Shown here: positions 1-9,653 of the stretch, one piece after another | Position numbering within the stretch: position 1 is the stretch's first letter | Layout: each line of letters opens with the position of its first letter | Source of the DNA: an uncultured bacterium | GTDB taxonomy: Bacteria > Patescibacteriota > Minisyncoccia > UBA6257 > GWB1-50-10 | Length of the DNA stretch: 64,000 nt | Assembly (NCBI GenBank): GCA_903847915.1 | Contig: CAINEW010000022.1 | Span: 1,268 to 65,267 of the forward strand | Reading direction: 5' to 3' | The notes under the pieces: model-generated | What the model saw: the letters and a program-made list of their open reading frames with translations, nothing else | What the model was told of the DNA's origin: nothing | Databases searched by the model: none | Translations under genes and position numbers: made by a program

Positions 1-12
1 TTAACCGGAACG

Positions 13-771
13 ATGTGGGTAGTGCTTAGTGCGTGTATTGTGGCAATATTTGTCGTAATATTAACACTTCACTCCTCTATCAATCCACAAATCAGTCCAG
101 TACTTGTAGCGGGCGCTGTTATTTTACCAGATGACGCCAAAAACATTTTCCAAGGGATTGTGTTTGCAATCGGTGCTGAATTAGTTTTTGGACTTGTGCT
201 TGGCATCTTATGTGTGATTGATATCCATATAGGATTCGGCGGAACTCTGCTTTATTTGTTAGTTTTCTATATACTCATCTTTTTAGGAATGAGTAGAAAA
301 GGAGATCATCAAAAAACAGCAGGATTCATGATAGCAATGGTGATAATTACATTGATTATATTTACTGGTGTATATATTACAAAAGAATATTTCCCAGAAA
401 TTCTTCAACGAAAATCAACCGCGACGGTCAATGCGGAAACGCAGACGGCAATCGGAGATGTGACAAATATGCAGGAGCATGTAATTTCTTTTCAGAAAGG
501 TGTTCCTAAAAGAATTCTTTTGCCTCCGTTAGAATCTTCTCGTTTCGTTCCTACATATACGATAGAGATGATGGTAAAGGACTATAACGGTTCATGGCTA
601 TCTTACGAGATCGATTCTGATGGAAAGATCTATAGGATGAATAACGGGACAAGAATATTGGCAGTAGACGAAAATGGTCGGAATGCTATTGGTACCCTTG
701 CGGAACCAGCAGTAACGATCATTCCGAAAGAAGATTGCGAAGTACACGTTTTTACTTGGCGTAAAAGTTAA
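13..771 (+). CDS. hypothetical polytopic membrane protein
   Basis: 252-aa ORF; N-terminal half has several hydrophobic helices and the C-terminal half is soluble. No recognisable motif. Confidence 0.5.
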   Translation: MWVVLSACIVAIFVVILTLHSSINPQISPVLVAGAVILPDDAKNIFQGIVFAIGAELVFGLVLGILCVIDIHIGFGGTLLYLLVFYILIFLGMSRKGDHQKTAGFMIAMVIITLIIFTGVYITKEYFPEILQRKSTATVNAETQTAIGDVTNMQEHVISFQKGVPKRILLPPLESSRFVPTYTIEMMVKDYNGSWLSYEIDSDGKIYRMNNGTRILAVDENGRNAIGTLAEPAVTIIPKEDCEVHVFTWRKS

Positions 772-855
772 GGAAAAAACAACGATGAATAACAAAAATC
801 CGTAAAGAACAACTTTACGGATTTTTTTGTTGACCGAAATGATCGTGAGACCACA

Positions 856-1170
856 TTATCGTCCCCTCAAAATATTTGTGACGAGTGTTTTAATGCCAGT
901 AGAGATTAAAACTATTGCGGCGGCAGAAAAGGTATAAAGTAGGATTTTTTGTGCTTGTGATACTTTATCAGTATTATCTCCTGCTGTCACAAAAAGATAC
1001 GCAGCATAGAGAAGAGAAACTACTGTTGCAAGCCAAAAGAACGTAAATGCATATCCTACAATTCTTACAAAAACACTCTCCGCTTCCCCAAGAGTGCCAA
1101 ACACTGCAGCAGAAGAAATAAGGGGAAAAATAACTACGATTCCAACAATGATTATCAAAAACCACTTCAT
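856..1170 (-). CDS. TrbC/VirB2-like (T4SS-type) pilin family small membrane protein, paralog 1
   Basis: 104 aa; signal/TM helix, then a second TM carrying the motif LLYAAYLFVTAGDN...LISTGIKTL shared with the 1172-1537 ORF. 1-nt spacing to the neighbouring ORF. Confidence 0.6.
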   Translation of the reverse strand: MKWFLIIIVGIVVIFPLISSAAVFGTLGEAESVFVRIVGYAFTFFWLATVVSLLYAAYLFVTAGDNTDKVSQAQKILLYTFSAAAIVLISTGIKTLVTNILRGR

Positions 1171-1171
1171 T

Positions 1172-1537
1172 TTATTGGCCGCTCAAAACATTGCCTGCAA
1201 GACCCTTTAACCCAGTGGAAAGCAGGGCGACGCCCGCACCAATAAGACCATACATAAGATAATCCTTTGCTTTCTTTGTGGCATCTTCATCTCCTCCAGA
1301 GGTTACATATAAGTAAGCTGCATAAAGAAGCATAACAACCGTAAGAATCCAAAACGCGGTAATAAGATATCCAAGAATCGTTCTTACCCATCCCATAAAG
1401 CTACCAATACTCTGAAAGTTTTCACTCGGAGTTTCTGTATTAGGAATAGTACCGCCAAATTGAGCAGACACGAATGAAGGAACAATAAGTATTGCTAAAA
1501 AAGCAATTAATGCAAACGAAGATAATATTTTTTTCAT
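1172..1537 (-). CDS. TrbC/VirB2-like pilin family small membrane protein, paralog 2
   Basis: 121 aa; signal peptide (…SFVSAQ); motif LLYAAYLYVTSGGDED...LLSTGLKGL nearly identical to paralog 1. Confidence 0.6.
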   Translation of the reverse strand: MKKILSSFALIAFLAILIVPSFVSAQFGGTIPNTETPSENFQSIGSFMGWVRTILGYLITAFWILTVVMLLYAAYLYVTSGGDEDATKKAKDYLMYGLIGAGVALLSTGLKGLAGNVLSGQ

Positions 1538-1645
1538 AATTTAAGTATATTTATTTTTTTACACTATCATCTCTTATTCTAAATAGAGTATAAATCTATA
1601 AAGAAAAGAGCATACTCGACCTTTCGCAATGGGGAAATGATGTCC

Positions 1646-2062
1646 TCACGGAGTGAGAATACTCGTAATCAGTGAGGCAAAACCCCATCCAACCAATATT
1701 ATAGCATATCCTATCACGGTATACTGAATTGTCTTTAATCCGTCCTTATATTTCGTTTCATTGCCTCCCGCAAAGATCATCTGAAACGCGCCATAGAGGA
1801 TCATCGCAACGGCAATCGGTGTCGCGATTTCCGTCATCCACTTGATTATCTTTTGGAGCAAGTCAGGAATCGTATCTGCATCTGATCCCAAGGGATTAGG
1901 GATGGTGACTACATTTCCCGGTTGATTCATCTGCTCATCCGGCTGATTAGTATGTTCATCTGGGGCATCTTGAGCTAGGGAATGTTTGATGAGTGACGCA
2001 GAAGAAAAAGCAAGAGGAGTGAGAATGAGTATTGCAAGAGATAGCGAGAGAAGTAATTTCAT
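1646..2062 (-). CDS. TrbC/VirB2-like pilin family small membrane protein, paralog 3
   Basis: 138 aa; signal peptide, acidic Pro/Gln-rich spacer, then the same two-helix C-terminal module (MILYGAFQMIFAGGNET...VGWGFASL). Confidence 0.55.
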   Translation of the reverse strand: MKLLLSLSLAILILTPLAFSSASLIKHSLAQDAPDEHTNQPDEQMNQPGNVVTIPNPLGSDADTIPDLLQKIIKWMTEIATPIAVAMILYGAFQMIFAGGNETKYKDGLKTIQYTVIGYAIILVGWGFASLITSILTP

Positions 2063-2125
2063 CTGATTTATTTTAGTATACTTCTGATTATTATTTATGC
2101 AACAATACTGAAAAATATAACAAAA

Positions 2126-3208
2126 CTATTTCGTCACGCTTGCGGGATTATTAGAGGCAGAAACAGTAGGTGTGGGGCAAGAAATCTGTTGCCAAGGAAA
2201 CTTAAAGCCATCACTCACAAGGAAATGCATCACGGTGTTGATAATCGTCCACGAAAGGAGCACTACGGCAATTCCTTTCACCGCATTCCAAATCGTTTTT
2301 TGTGCGTCGCTCAATTTTCCACTTGCGCCAGAGATCATAAGATTCAAGGCGCCCCAGACAATATAGCCGACCGCGATAAAGAGTGTGCCATACGTCAATA
2401 TATTAATAATGTTGCGGACGACAATAAGCGCATCACATAATCCGCAAGGAATCGCCGTGGTTGGAGTACCCATGCCTGTGGCACCCTCTTCTCTACTTGG
2501 TCCCCCGCTCGGGCCCTGACAGAGCGTACCATTCCAGATATTAAACGCCCCCCCACTATTTAGAGGTTGTAGCCCCCCTGGTTGAATACCTGTGCCTATT
2601 ACAAATTGCTGGAGTGGTCCAACAAATTTTCTCCCGTATGGAGTGTATCCAAATACTCCAAGATTCTTAATCATAAATGATCCGCCAAGAGTAGTAGAGA
2701 AATATCCATCCGCGTCTGTTTGTGTTGACCCCACGACATTTTTCTGATCGTCTTGAAAATCAATGCGCGTGTTGCTAAAACCACGCCCAAGCTGACCTCT
2801 AACCATTTGTCCTCTATTTCCTCTTCCATCGTCAGTGGGGGTAGGCGTCATGATGAAATTTGCAATATGATACGGCGCACTCACAATCACCGCTTGTGAA
2901 GCATCCGTCGGTCCCTCCCCTCCGCCACTATAGAACGTGGTTTTAAACCCTGTGCCAGAAAATTGCAATTGATAGAGCCCGCCTGCAACAAGATTATCAA
3001 TCGCAAAATGACCTTGTGCGTCTGTGGTTGCCGATCCTTGAGGATTAGCACCTTGAGGGATCGCCGTAACACTTATTTGTGCGGCAGGCGTAGACCCACT
3101 ACGATAGACTGTACCGTCAATTGATGCGGGAGAGGCAAAGGCGCTCAAAGAGAAAAGAAGAAAACCAAAAATGAAAACAATGTGGGGAATTAAAAATTTT
3201 TTTTTCAT
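2126..3208 (-). CDS. secreted carboxypeptidase-regulatory-like beta-sandwich domain fused to a pilin-type C-terminal membrane module
   Basis: Signal peptide MKKKFLIPHIVFIFGFLLFSLSAFA, so the start is probably at 3208 rather than 3259. N-terminal DGTVYRSGSTPAAQISVTAI...GHFAIDNLVAGGLYQLQF resembles CarboxypepD_reg. The C-terminus (CGLCDALIVV...IVWGALNLMISGASGKLSDAQKTIWNAVKGIAVVLLSWTI) is homologous to the three small pilins. Confidence 0.55.
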   Translation of the reverse strand: MKKKFLIPHIVFIFGFLLFSLSAFASPASIDGTVYRSGSTPAAQISVTAIPQGANPQGSATTDAQGHFAIDNLVAGGLYQLQFSGTGFKTTFYSGGGEGPTDASQAVIVSAPYHIANFIMTPTPTDDGRGNRGQMVRGQLGRGFSNTRIDFQDDQKNVVGSTQTDADGYFSTTLGGSFMIKNLGVFGYTPYGRKFVGPLQQFVIGTGIQPGGLQPLNSGGAFNIWNGTLCQGPSGGPSREEGATGMGTPTTAIPCGLCDALIVVRNIINILTYGTLFIAVGYIVWGALNLMISGASGKLSDAQKTIWNAVKGIAVVLLSWTIINTVMHFLVSDGFKFPWQQISCPTPTVSASNNPASVTK

Positions 3209-3209
3209 A

Positions 3210-4505
3210 TTATTGAGTGAGTAATGAAGTAATTGTTTGTGCGGCATGAGAAAGCGCATCCGAAGGATTGGATTGATTGGAAATGACGAGCCCTATCACA
3301 CGAGAAAATGTTTCAGCAACGGATTCAGCACTCGGCTGTAGCCACGAGCGCGCAATAAGCGCTTGGCGCGCAAACACGCCCGTGTGCGGATCGTTCAAAT
3401 GTTTTGCAATCAATGCACGAAGTGCAGGAGGATTTTTAGTGATCGCAAAAGAGGCGTCGGCCACTTGGGTGTTCGTCGTCATCATACGAATGAACTCCCA
3501 CGCAAGCGAAGGATTCACACTTGTGCGTGAAACGGTATAACCCCAATAATTTGCTACACTCAAAGGTTTGTTTGCGCTTTCCACTTGTGGCACAGGCGCG
3601 ATATCAAAATTAAGAAACGCATTCTTTTTTATAAGTGATGCTTCTGCGGAGGCATAATCAAGCACCATCGCCACTTTTTCTCCGGCAAAATCCTCACGCG
3701 AACGCATTCCCTCATTCCATGTATAACTTTCTGTGCGCGTATCGGCAAATTGAGTATAAAAACGGAGAGCGTCTGCTCCTTGACTGGTACTAAAGCTCGC
3801 TTGTGTGCCTTCAGGATTCGTCATCGGCACACCATTTTGCATCATGAGGAGCGTAAGAATATCCGAGGCGTTTGCCACACTTTCTTCGGTGCCTCCAAGC
3901 GCAATAGCTGAACGGCGAAGCACACGCGAGGCATCGGTGAGAGTAAGACGTGGAACGGCACGTGTGAGCTCCGTCCATGTGGTAGGAACAGTAAGCGCGG
4001 ATTGGTCTAATAAATCACGATTGTAATAAAGGGCGAGAGTATCTATGGAAAGTGGAAGAGCGATAATCTGTCCTTGTGAAATAAAATCGTGTTCAACCAC
4101 TTGCGGAAATGAGGCGCGGAGCATCGCGGGAGTAAACAGTGCTTGAGGAATCGGGGTTATTTTATTGAGCCATTTTCGCGTGCCCCTATGCGAGAGCATA
4201 AATAAATCGGGGCTATTGCCAGAGGCGAGCGCATCAAGCAGCGCGGATTCGTATTGAGACACACTAGGAAATCCGCGATACGTAATCTCTACCCCCGGAT
4301 ACGTTTTTTTAAATTCTTGAAACGCGGGCTCATACCCTTTTGCATTCTCGCTCACTCCCCAGAACGAAAGTTTTGCGGTAATTTTTGCGGCAGGTGTGTT
4401 GCAGGATTGCAACCCCGGTGCGATGCATGTAAAAAGAAGCGCGCCATAAATAACAACAAGAGCGACACACGCAAATACAATTAATTGAGATGTGGTAAGA
4501 CGCAT
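3210..4505 (-). CDS. extracellular solute-binding protein (family 1, sugar-type ABC substrate-binding protein)
   Basis: 431 aa; N-terminal TM/lipo-signal and overall SBP_bac_1-like sequence. The stop is 1 nt from the start of the downstream pilin-fusion gene. No permease or ATPase genes lie nearby. Confidence 0.6.
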   Translation of the reverse strand: MRLTTSQLIVFACVALVVIYGALLFTCIAPGLQSCNTPAAKITAKLSFWGVSENAKGYEPAFQEFKKTYPGVEITYRGFPSVSQYESALLDALASGNSPDLFMLSHRGTRKWLNKITPIPQALFTPAMLRASFPQVVEHDFISQGQIIALPLSIDTLALYYNRDLLDQSALTVPTTWTELTRAVPRLTLTDASRVLRRSAIALGGTEESVANASDILTLLMMQNGVPMTNPEGTQASFSTSQGADALRFYTQFADTRTESYTWNEGMRSREDFAGEKVAMVLDYASAEASLIKKNAFLNFDIAPVPQVESANKPLSVANYWGYTVSRTSVNPSLAWEFIRMMTTNTQVADASFAITKNPPALRALIAKHLNDPHTGVFARQALIARSWLQPSAESVAETFSRVIGLVISNQSNPSDALSHAAQTITSLLTQ

Positions 4506-4550
4506 AAATCAATCTAAACAAGTCACCTCTCTATAATACACTATGAGAAG

Positions 4551-4655
4551 ATGAAGCTCCACAACCTTATGTTGTATCTTCTGCGGAATCCGCCGAAGCA
4601 CCCTCCTTCGCTCTTCAAATTATGGAGGGTTCACCTTCATATGTATTCATGGACT
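4551..4655 (+). repeat. conserved ~100-nt motif copy 1 (ATGAAGCTCCACAAC...TTCTGCGGAATCCGCCGAA...CTTCAAATTATGGAGGG)
   Basis: About 75% identical to 22070-22175. Starts 14 nt after a TATAAT at 4532-4537 and begins with the mini-ORF MKLHNLML. Lies in the gyrA-SBP intergenic region on the strand opposite both genes. Confidence 0.5.
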
Positions 4656-4688
4656 TACGCCCATAGTACCTTGCGAAGGTGGATAAAA

Positions 4689-7115
4689 TTAGAGACACAC
4701 AATACCAATCAACGAGTCATCGTTATTGATATTCATGATGCGGACACCTTGTGTTGCGCGTCCTGTGATGCGCACATCAGAAAGAGCGGTGCGAATCGCC
4801 TGCCCTTTTGAAGAAAAGGCAATGAGTTCTTGAATAGTGTCATTCACTAAATGTGCCGCCATCACCTTTCCTGTTTTCGTGGTCACATTCGCCGTTTTGA
4901 CTCCTCCTCCTCCCCTCTTTTGCGATTTATATTCTTTAAGTGGTGTCTGTTTTCCGAATCCTTTAGACATCACCACAAGAAAACGATCGTTCATGCTCTC
5001 TTTCTCTATAATATCAAGGCCTGCCACGATATCATCTTTTTTCAAACGAATCGCGCGAATGCCCGCGGCCGTGCGTCCCGTCGGACGAATTTCTTTTTCT
5101 TTAAAACGAATAGATTGACCGTTCGTACTCACTAAAATAATTTGATCATCACCATGCGACAATTTTACCCATTTCAAGACATCATCATTATTAAGTGAAA
5201 GCGCGATAATGCCATTCCGTCGCACATTGGCAAAATCTTTGAGTGGCGTTTTCTTAATCAATCCTTTTGTCGTCGCCATAAGGAGATACCCTTCCGCATC
5301 CTTAGGATAGCTCACAATGCCGGTAATCAAATCATTCGGAGGAAGTTCAATAAAGTTATGTACTGAACGTCCTTTGGATGTACGGCTCGCGACAGGGATT
5401 TCATACGCCTTGGTCTGAAACACTTTTCCGCGATTGGTGAAAAAGAGCACATTGTCGTGCGAGTGGGCAATCATAATTTGGCGAATTTGGTCATCTTCTT
5501 TGAGTTCTGATCCGATAAGCCCCTTTCCTCCCCTTCGCTGCGACTTAAACGTGCCCGGAGGCATTCGTTTGATATACCCGTCTTCAGATAAGGTCACAAT
5601 TACATCCTCTTCAGGAATCAAATCTTCTTCGTTAAAATCTTTGAGTCCTGATTTTACCATCTTCGTTTTGCGCGGACTTGAATAGGTTGCCTTAAGATCA
5701 GAAAGTTCGCCGACAATAATCTCCGTAATTTTTTTCGGATGTTTTAAAATAAATTGCAATTCCGCAATCAGTTTCTTTTTCTCTTTTAATTCGTCTTCTA
5801 ATTTTCCGCGTTCCAACGCCGCAAGTGTTTGGAGCTTCATTTCCAAAATCGCAATCGCCTGCAATTCGGAAAGGCCGAATTTTTTCATCAAATTCTTTTT
5901 CGCGTCATCACGATCTTGCGATTTCTTAATGGTGGCAATCACCGCGTCAATAGAATCAAGCGCAGTGACGAGCCCTTCAAGAATATGCGCGCGTTCCTCT
6001 GCTTTTTTCAAATCAAATTGTGTGCGGCGACGCACCATAATCGTGCGGTGTTCAAGATATTCGCTCAACACCTCTTTTAATGAAAGCACTTGGGGCTGAA
6101 TGCCTTTTACAAGCGCCAACATATTAAAATAAAAATTCTTTTGAAGCTCGGTATATTCGTAGAGCTGATTCAAAATTTTCTGTGGTGCGCCATCTTGTTT
6201 CAATTCCACCACAATGCGCAATCCGTCGCGATCTGATTCGTCGCGAATATCACGAATTCCTTCAATTTTTTTCTCTTGTACCAATTCCGCCATTTTCACA
6301 ATCAAATCGGACTTATTCACTTGGTACGGAATCTCGGTAATAATAATTTGAAAACTTCCGCTCTTCCGTTCTTCAATATCCGCAACTGCGCGAATCGTCA
6401 CCGACCCCTTGCCGGTTGTGTAGGCCTCTTCAAGCGCGCGCGCATCAAAAATCGTGCCTCCGGTTGGAAAATCTGGTCCCGGAATAAATTTCATAAGGTC
6501 TTTCACCGTCGCATCAGGGTTATCGGAAAGATGCGCAATCGCATTTGCCACTTCCACAAAATTATGAGGAGGAATAGACGTTGCCATACCGACCGCAATA
6601 CCCACCGTCCCGTTCAAAAGAAGGTGAGGAAGTTTTGCAGGAAGATACTGGGGCTCTACGCGCGAGGCGTCATAGTTTGGGATCCACTCCACTGTTTCTT
6701 TTTCAATGTCAGTAAGGAGTTCTTCGGCAATATGAGTGAGACGCGCCTCAGTATAACGCATCGCGGCAGGCGCATCGCCGTCAATAGACCCCCAGTTTCC
6801 CTGCCCGTCTACCAATGGATAACGGAGCGAAAAATCTTGTGCCATGCGCGCCATAGAATCATAAATCGCCTGATCGCCGTGAGGGTGATACTTACCCATC
6901 ACTTCTCCGACCACATTCGCTGATTTTTTAAATTTTGTGCCGTGCGTAAGCCCCATGTCCCACATCCCCCACAAAATTCTCCTCTGCACCGGTTTTAAGC
7001 CGTCGCGTACATCGGGAATCGCGCGCGAGACGATTACCGACATCGCGTAATCAAGGTAGGACTCGCGGAGCTCTTTCGTAATTTCTTGAGGAATGATATT
7101 GATATGGTCTTCCAT
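4689..7115 (-). CDS. gyrA: DNA gyrase subunit A
   Basis: 808 aa; N-terminal ...[18 protein letters not shown]... and a C-terminal beta-pinwheel region. Classic GyrA/ParC, and the length with C-terminal repeats favours GyrA. Confidence 0.9.
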   Translation of the reverse strand: MEDHINIIPQEITKELRESYLDYAMSVIVSRAIPDVRDGLKPVQRRILWGMWDMGLTHGTKFKKSANVVGEVMGKYHPHGDQAIYDSMARMAQDFSLRYPLVDGQGNWGSIDGDAPAAMRYTEARLTHIAEELLTDIEKETVEWIPNYDASRVEPQYLPAKLPHLLLNGTVGIAVGMATSIPPHNFVEVANAIAHLSDNPDATVKDLMKFIPGPDFPTGGTIFDARALEEAYTTGKGSVTIRAVADIEERKSGSFQIIITEIPYQVNKSDLIVKMAELVQEKKIEGIRDIRDESDRDGLRIVVELKQDGAPQKILNQLYEYTELQKNFYFNMLALVKGIQPQVLSLKEVLSEYLEHRTIMVRRRTQFDLKKAEERAHILEGLVTALDSIDAVIATIKKSQDRDDAKKNLMKKFGLSELQAIAILEMKLQTLAALERGKLEDELKEKKKLIAELQFILKHPKKITEIIVGELSDLKATYSSPRKTKMVKSGLKDFNEEDLIPEEDVIVTLSEDGYIKRMPPGTFKSQRRGGKGLIGSELKEDDQIRQIMIAHSHDNVLFFTNRGKVFQTKAYEIPVASRTSKGRSVHNFIELPPNDLITGIVSYPKDAEGYLLMATTKGLIKKTPLKDFANVRRNGIIALSLNNDDVLKWVKLSHGDDQIILVSTNGQSIRFKEKEIRPTGRTAAGIRAIRLKKDDIVAGLDIIEKESMNDRFLVVMSKGFGKQTPLKEYKSQKRGGGGVKTANVTTKTGKVMAAHLVNDTIQELIAFSSKGQAIRTALSDVRITGRATQGVRIMNINNDDSLIGIVCL

Positions 7116-7122
7116 AAAATAA

Positions 7123-7488
7123 TTATTGTGAGATGGTTGACGGTGTGGTGCTCGGCGTCACAGAAATAGTGTTGCGCGATGAGAGCCGTTCTTCAAGGGT
7201 AGAAAATTGATCTTTGACGCGCGAAAATTGAGTGGCGGTATCTTGTTTAATTTTTGCAAATCCGCGTGAAAAGGTCTCAAAAAAAGAATCTTCTGATGAA
7301 GAAGCGTCTTTCGTCTCTGCGACCGCTGGTGCGGGACGAAGTGCGGGAAAAAGTGCGTCAGAAGAAAAAAACCATACGACGACCAAAAACGCAGTGAAAC
7401 AGAACGCGCCCCCGAGCACCCATCGTTGTTTTGATCGTTCGTCTTTGTGTTGAAGTGCGTGAATAAATTGAGAGAAGGAAAATGCCAT
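7123..7488 (-). CDS. hypothetical membrane-anchored protein
   Basis: 121 aa with a single TM helix and a Ser/Thr-rich tail. Confidence 0.4.
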   Translation of the reverse strand: MAFSFSQFIHALQHKDERSKQRWVLGGAFCFTAFLVVVWFFSSDALFPALRPAPAVAETKDASSSEDSFFETFSRGFAKIKQDTATQFSRVKDQFSTLEERLSSRNTISVTPSTTPSTISQ

Positions 7489-7496
7489 AATAAAAA

Positions 7497-8159
7497 TTAT
7501 TCGTGTGCGAGCACCACGACCCTCATTGCTCCCGGGGTAATTTCTTTTTTCTTAATCACTAATTTTTCTTCTTCGGTGCGGTCTACCTGATTCATTTCTT
7601 TAAGGAAATTTGCAAGAGTTTTTTTATCAAATAAGGTAGGAATCACGACTCCCGGCTCAATCTGACGGATGAGTTTTGCACACGGATGGGGCGCAAGATA
7701 TTCTTCTGAGCCACCCGGTACCACAAGAATATCAACCCCCTGAAGTGCCTCTTGAATATCTGGATTAGGCTCTTTTGAAAGATGTCCCAAAATACCAATA
7801 GAAATATCATCCATCACCATATGATAAATAGTGTATTCTTTTCCATTCGTATGCGCGCTCTGCCACCCCTTAATCGGAATCCCATTCACTTCATATTCTC
7901 CCTGATGTTCAATCTGAAATGGCTCACGGGTTTCAAGTGCCGAAAAAGGAGAGGGTGAAATCGTAGAAAGCACCGCATTCGCACCCTTGAATGAGCGTTG
8001 ATTAAGCGGATCAATAAGGACGACCTGACTCCCTGTTTGGATTTTGAGTGAATTCTCTCCCTGAAAAGTAATAATCATAAGTAAAAAACAACCTCGTCTA
8101 TACGTTCCTCTAAGTATACCTTGATTTCTCTTGCAATTCAATACGATTTCATGGTACAC
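7497..8159 (-). CDS. hypothetical protein, Lactamase_B_3-like (MBL-fold related) without the HxHxDH motif
   Basis: 220 aa. The pattern ITFQGENSLKIQTGSQVVLIDP...GVDILVVPGG resembles metal-dependent hydrolase UPF0173-type proteins, but the canonical metal ligands are not obvious. Confidence 0.3.
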   Translation of the reverse strand: MYHEIVLNCKRNQGILRGTYRRGCFLLMIITFQGENSLKIQTGSQVVLIDPLNQRSFKGANAVLSTISPSPFSALETREPFQIEHQGEYEVNGIPIKGWQSAHTNGKEYTIYHMVMDDISIGILGHLSKEPNPDIQEALQGVDILVVPGGSEEYLAPHPCAKLIRQIEPGVVIPTLFDKKTLANFLKEMNQVDRTEEEKLVIKKKEITPGAMRVVVLAHE

Positions 8160-8170
8160 TCCCCAGTACT

Positions 8171-9256
8171 ATGGCAGATGAAGTGCAAACAATAGACATC
8201 GCACAACTCCTCAAAAACTCTCCCGGGGCGTTTTCGCGTCTCAAAGTGGGCGATTTGGTGGAAGGGACAATTATTGAAAAAGGGGCAAGCCGCATCACGG
8301 TAGACCTTGGCAAAAACGGCACGGGGGTCATGTACCGTGGTGAGATTCAAAATGCCCGCGAACTCGTCCGCGACTTGAAACTCGGCGATGTGGCGCACGG
8401 CAAAGTGGTCTCGTTAGACAACGAAGAGGGCTATGTGGAACTTTCGCTCTCCGAAGCAGGCAAGCAAAAATCATGGGACGAGATTAAAGAAATGTATGAA
8501 AAAGGTGATCCGATTACCGTCAAGGTAAATGGATGTAATAAGGGAGGGCTCACCGCCCCCTTGGCTGGGCTTCTCGCGTTTATTCCAATCTCCCAACTTG
8601 CAAACGATAACTATCCTCAAGTGGAAGACGGCGATAAAGATAAAATTATCGCAGAGCTCACCAAACTAATTGGAAAAGATATTACGGTAAAAATTATTGA
8701 TGCAAATCCCCGCACGAATAAATTAATTGTCTCCGAACGCGATGCAGTGCAAATTAATCCAGAAGAATTACTCAAAAATTATCAAGTGGGTCAAACGATT
8801 GAAGGTATTGTTTCCGGTATTGCGGACTTCGGCGTGTTTGTGCAATTTACCGATAATCCCGCCGTGGAAGGATTGGTGCACGTCTCCGAACTCTCCTATC
8901 GCCTCGTGGATAATCCGAAGGAAATGGTGAAAGTGGATCAAGTAGTGAACGCAAAAATTACAGAAATCAAAGACGGCAAAATCGCGCTCTCCATGAAGGC
9001 GTTAGAGGCGGATCCGTGGCCTGCGATTGCAGAGCGCTATCAAAACGGACAGGAAGTAAAAGGCACGGCATATAGCTTCAATCAATTCGGCGCGATTGTG
9101 AATTTAGATGCGACCGCACAAGGCATGGTGCATGTCACAGAATTCGGTGGATTGGACGAAATGAAAAAACAACTCTCCTTGGGTAAAGAATATAATTTTA
9201 CCATTGAATCCGTGAACCTCCCCCAAAAACGCATCACTCTCAAACTTAAGAAATGA
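8171..9256 (+). CDS. rpsA: 30S ribosomal protein S1 (short, four S1 domains)
   Basis: 361 aa with repeated S1-fold motifs (GDLVEGTII..., GQTIEGIVSGIADFGVFVQF..., GQEVKGTAYSFNQFGAIV...). Confidence 0.8.
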   Translation: MADEVQTIDIAQLLKNSPGAFSRLKVGDLVEGTIIEKGASRITVDLGKNGTGVMYRGEIQNARELVRDLKLGDVAHGKVVSLDNEEGYVELSLSEAGKQKSWDEIKEMYEKGDPITVKVNGCNKGGLTAPLAGLLAFIPISQLANDNYPQVEDGDKDKIIAELTKLIGKDITVKIIDANPRTNKLIVSERDAVQINPEELLKNYQVGQTIEGIVSGIADFGVFVQFTDNPAVEGLVHVSELSYRLVDNPKEMVKVDQVVNAKITEIKDGKIALSMKALEADPWPAIAERYQNGQEVKGTAYSFNQFGAIVNLDATAQGMVHVTEFGGLDEMKKQLSLGKEYNFTIESVNLPQKRITLKLKK

Positions 9257-9318
9257 GTCCGCTAGGATTCATGCGCCTTGGGCGCATAAGATGATTCCCT
9301 ATTCCTCTTAATGTCAGA

Positions 9319-9344
9319 AAAACCCTCATAAAATGAGGGTTTTA
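9319..9344 (+). terminator. rho-independent terminator after rpsA
   Basis: AAACCCTCAT-AAA-ATGAGGGTTTT hairpin followed by a T-run. Confidence 0.6.
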
Positions 9345-9435
9345 GCCACTTGCCATTAGTGATTAGAAGGGACTTGACAAATTTATTATTAAAATAGCGA
9401 CTTTTAGTTCTGGTGGCGCAGGAGGATTTGGGCCA

Positions 9436-9573
9436 GTGATATCGTACAAAATATTATTGAAAGATGGAAATGATTCCAAAAGTTTTGAGGAGGTAGGAAA
9501 ATCTAAAGAAGGAACACCTCTAAGAAATTTTATTGAAAAGAATCTCAACGTACTTTTTGAAAGGATTGGTTAG
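9436..9573 (+). CDS. possible small protein (45 aa), GTG start
   Basis: GGAGGA Shine-Dalgarno sits 9 nt upstream of a GTG. Reads VISYKILLKDGNDSKSFEEVGKSKEGTPLRNFIEKNLNVLFERIG. Below the ORF-track cutoff and has no homology support. Confidence 0.25.
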   Translation: MISYKILLKDGNDSKSFEEVGKSKEGTPLRNFIEKNLNVLFERIG

Positions 9574-9653
9574 TATAATCCTTTTATAAAAAAAATAAAA
9601 AACGCCTCCACGAAAATTTGTGTGGGTGTTTTTATTCCCACACTTATGCATAA

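Noticed and set aside
6276-6923. 215-aa + strand ORF (Arg/His-rich) and several other 60-95-aa ORFs inside gyrA on the opposite strand
   Set aside because: Fully antisense to a well-supported essential gene, with biased low-complexity composition typical of shadow ORFs.
9363-9548. 61-aa minus-strand ORF in the rpsA-ftsH intergenic region
   Set aside because: Low-complexity translation with no RBS. The opposite strand has a better-supported small ORF with a GGAGGA Shine-Dalgarno.
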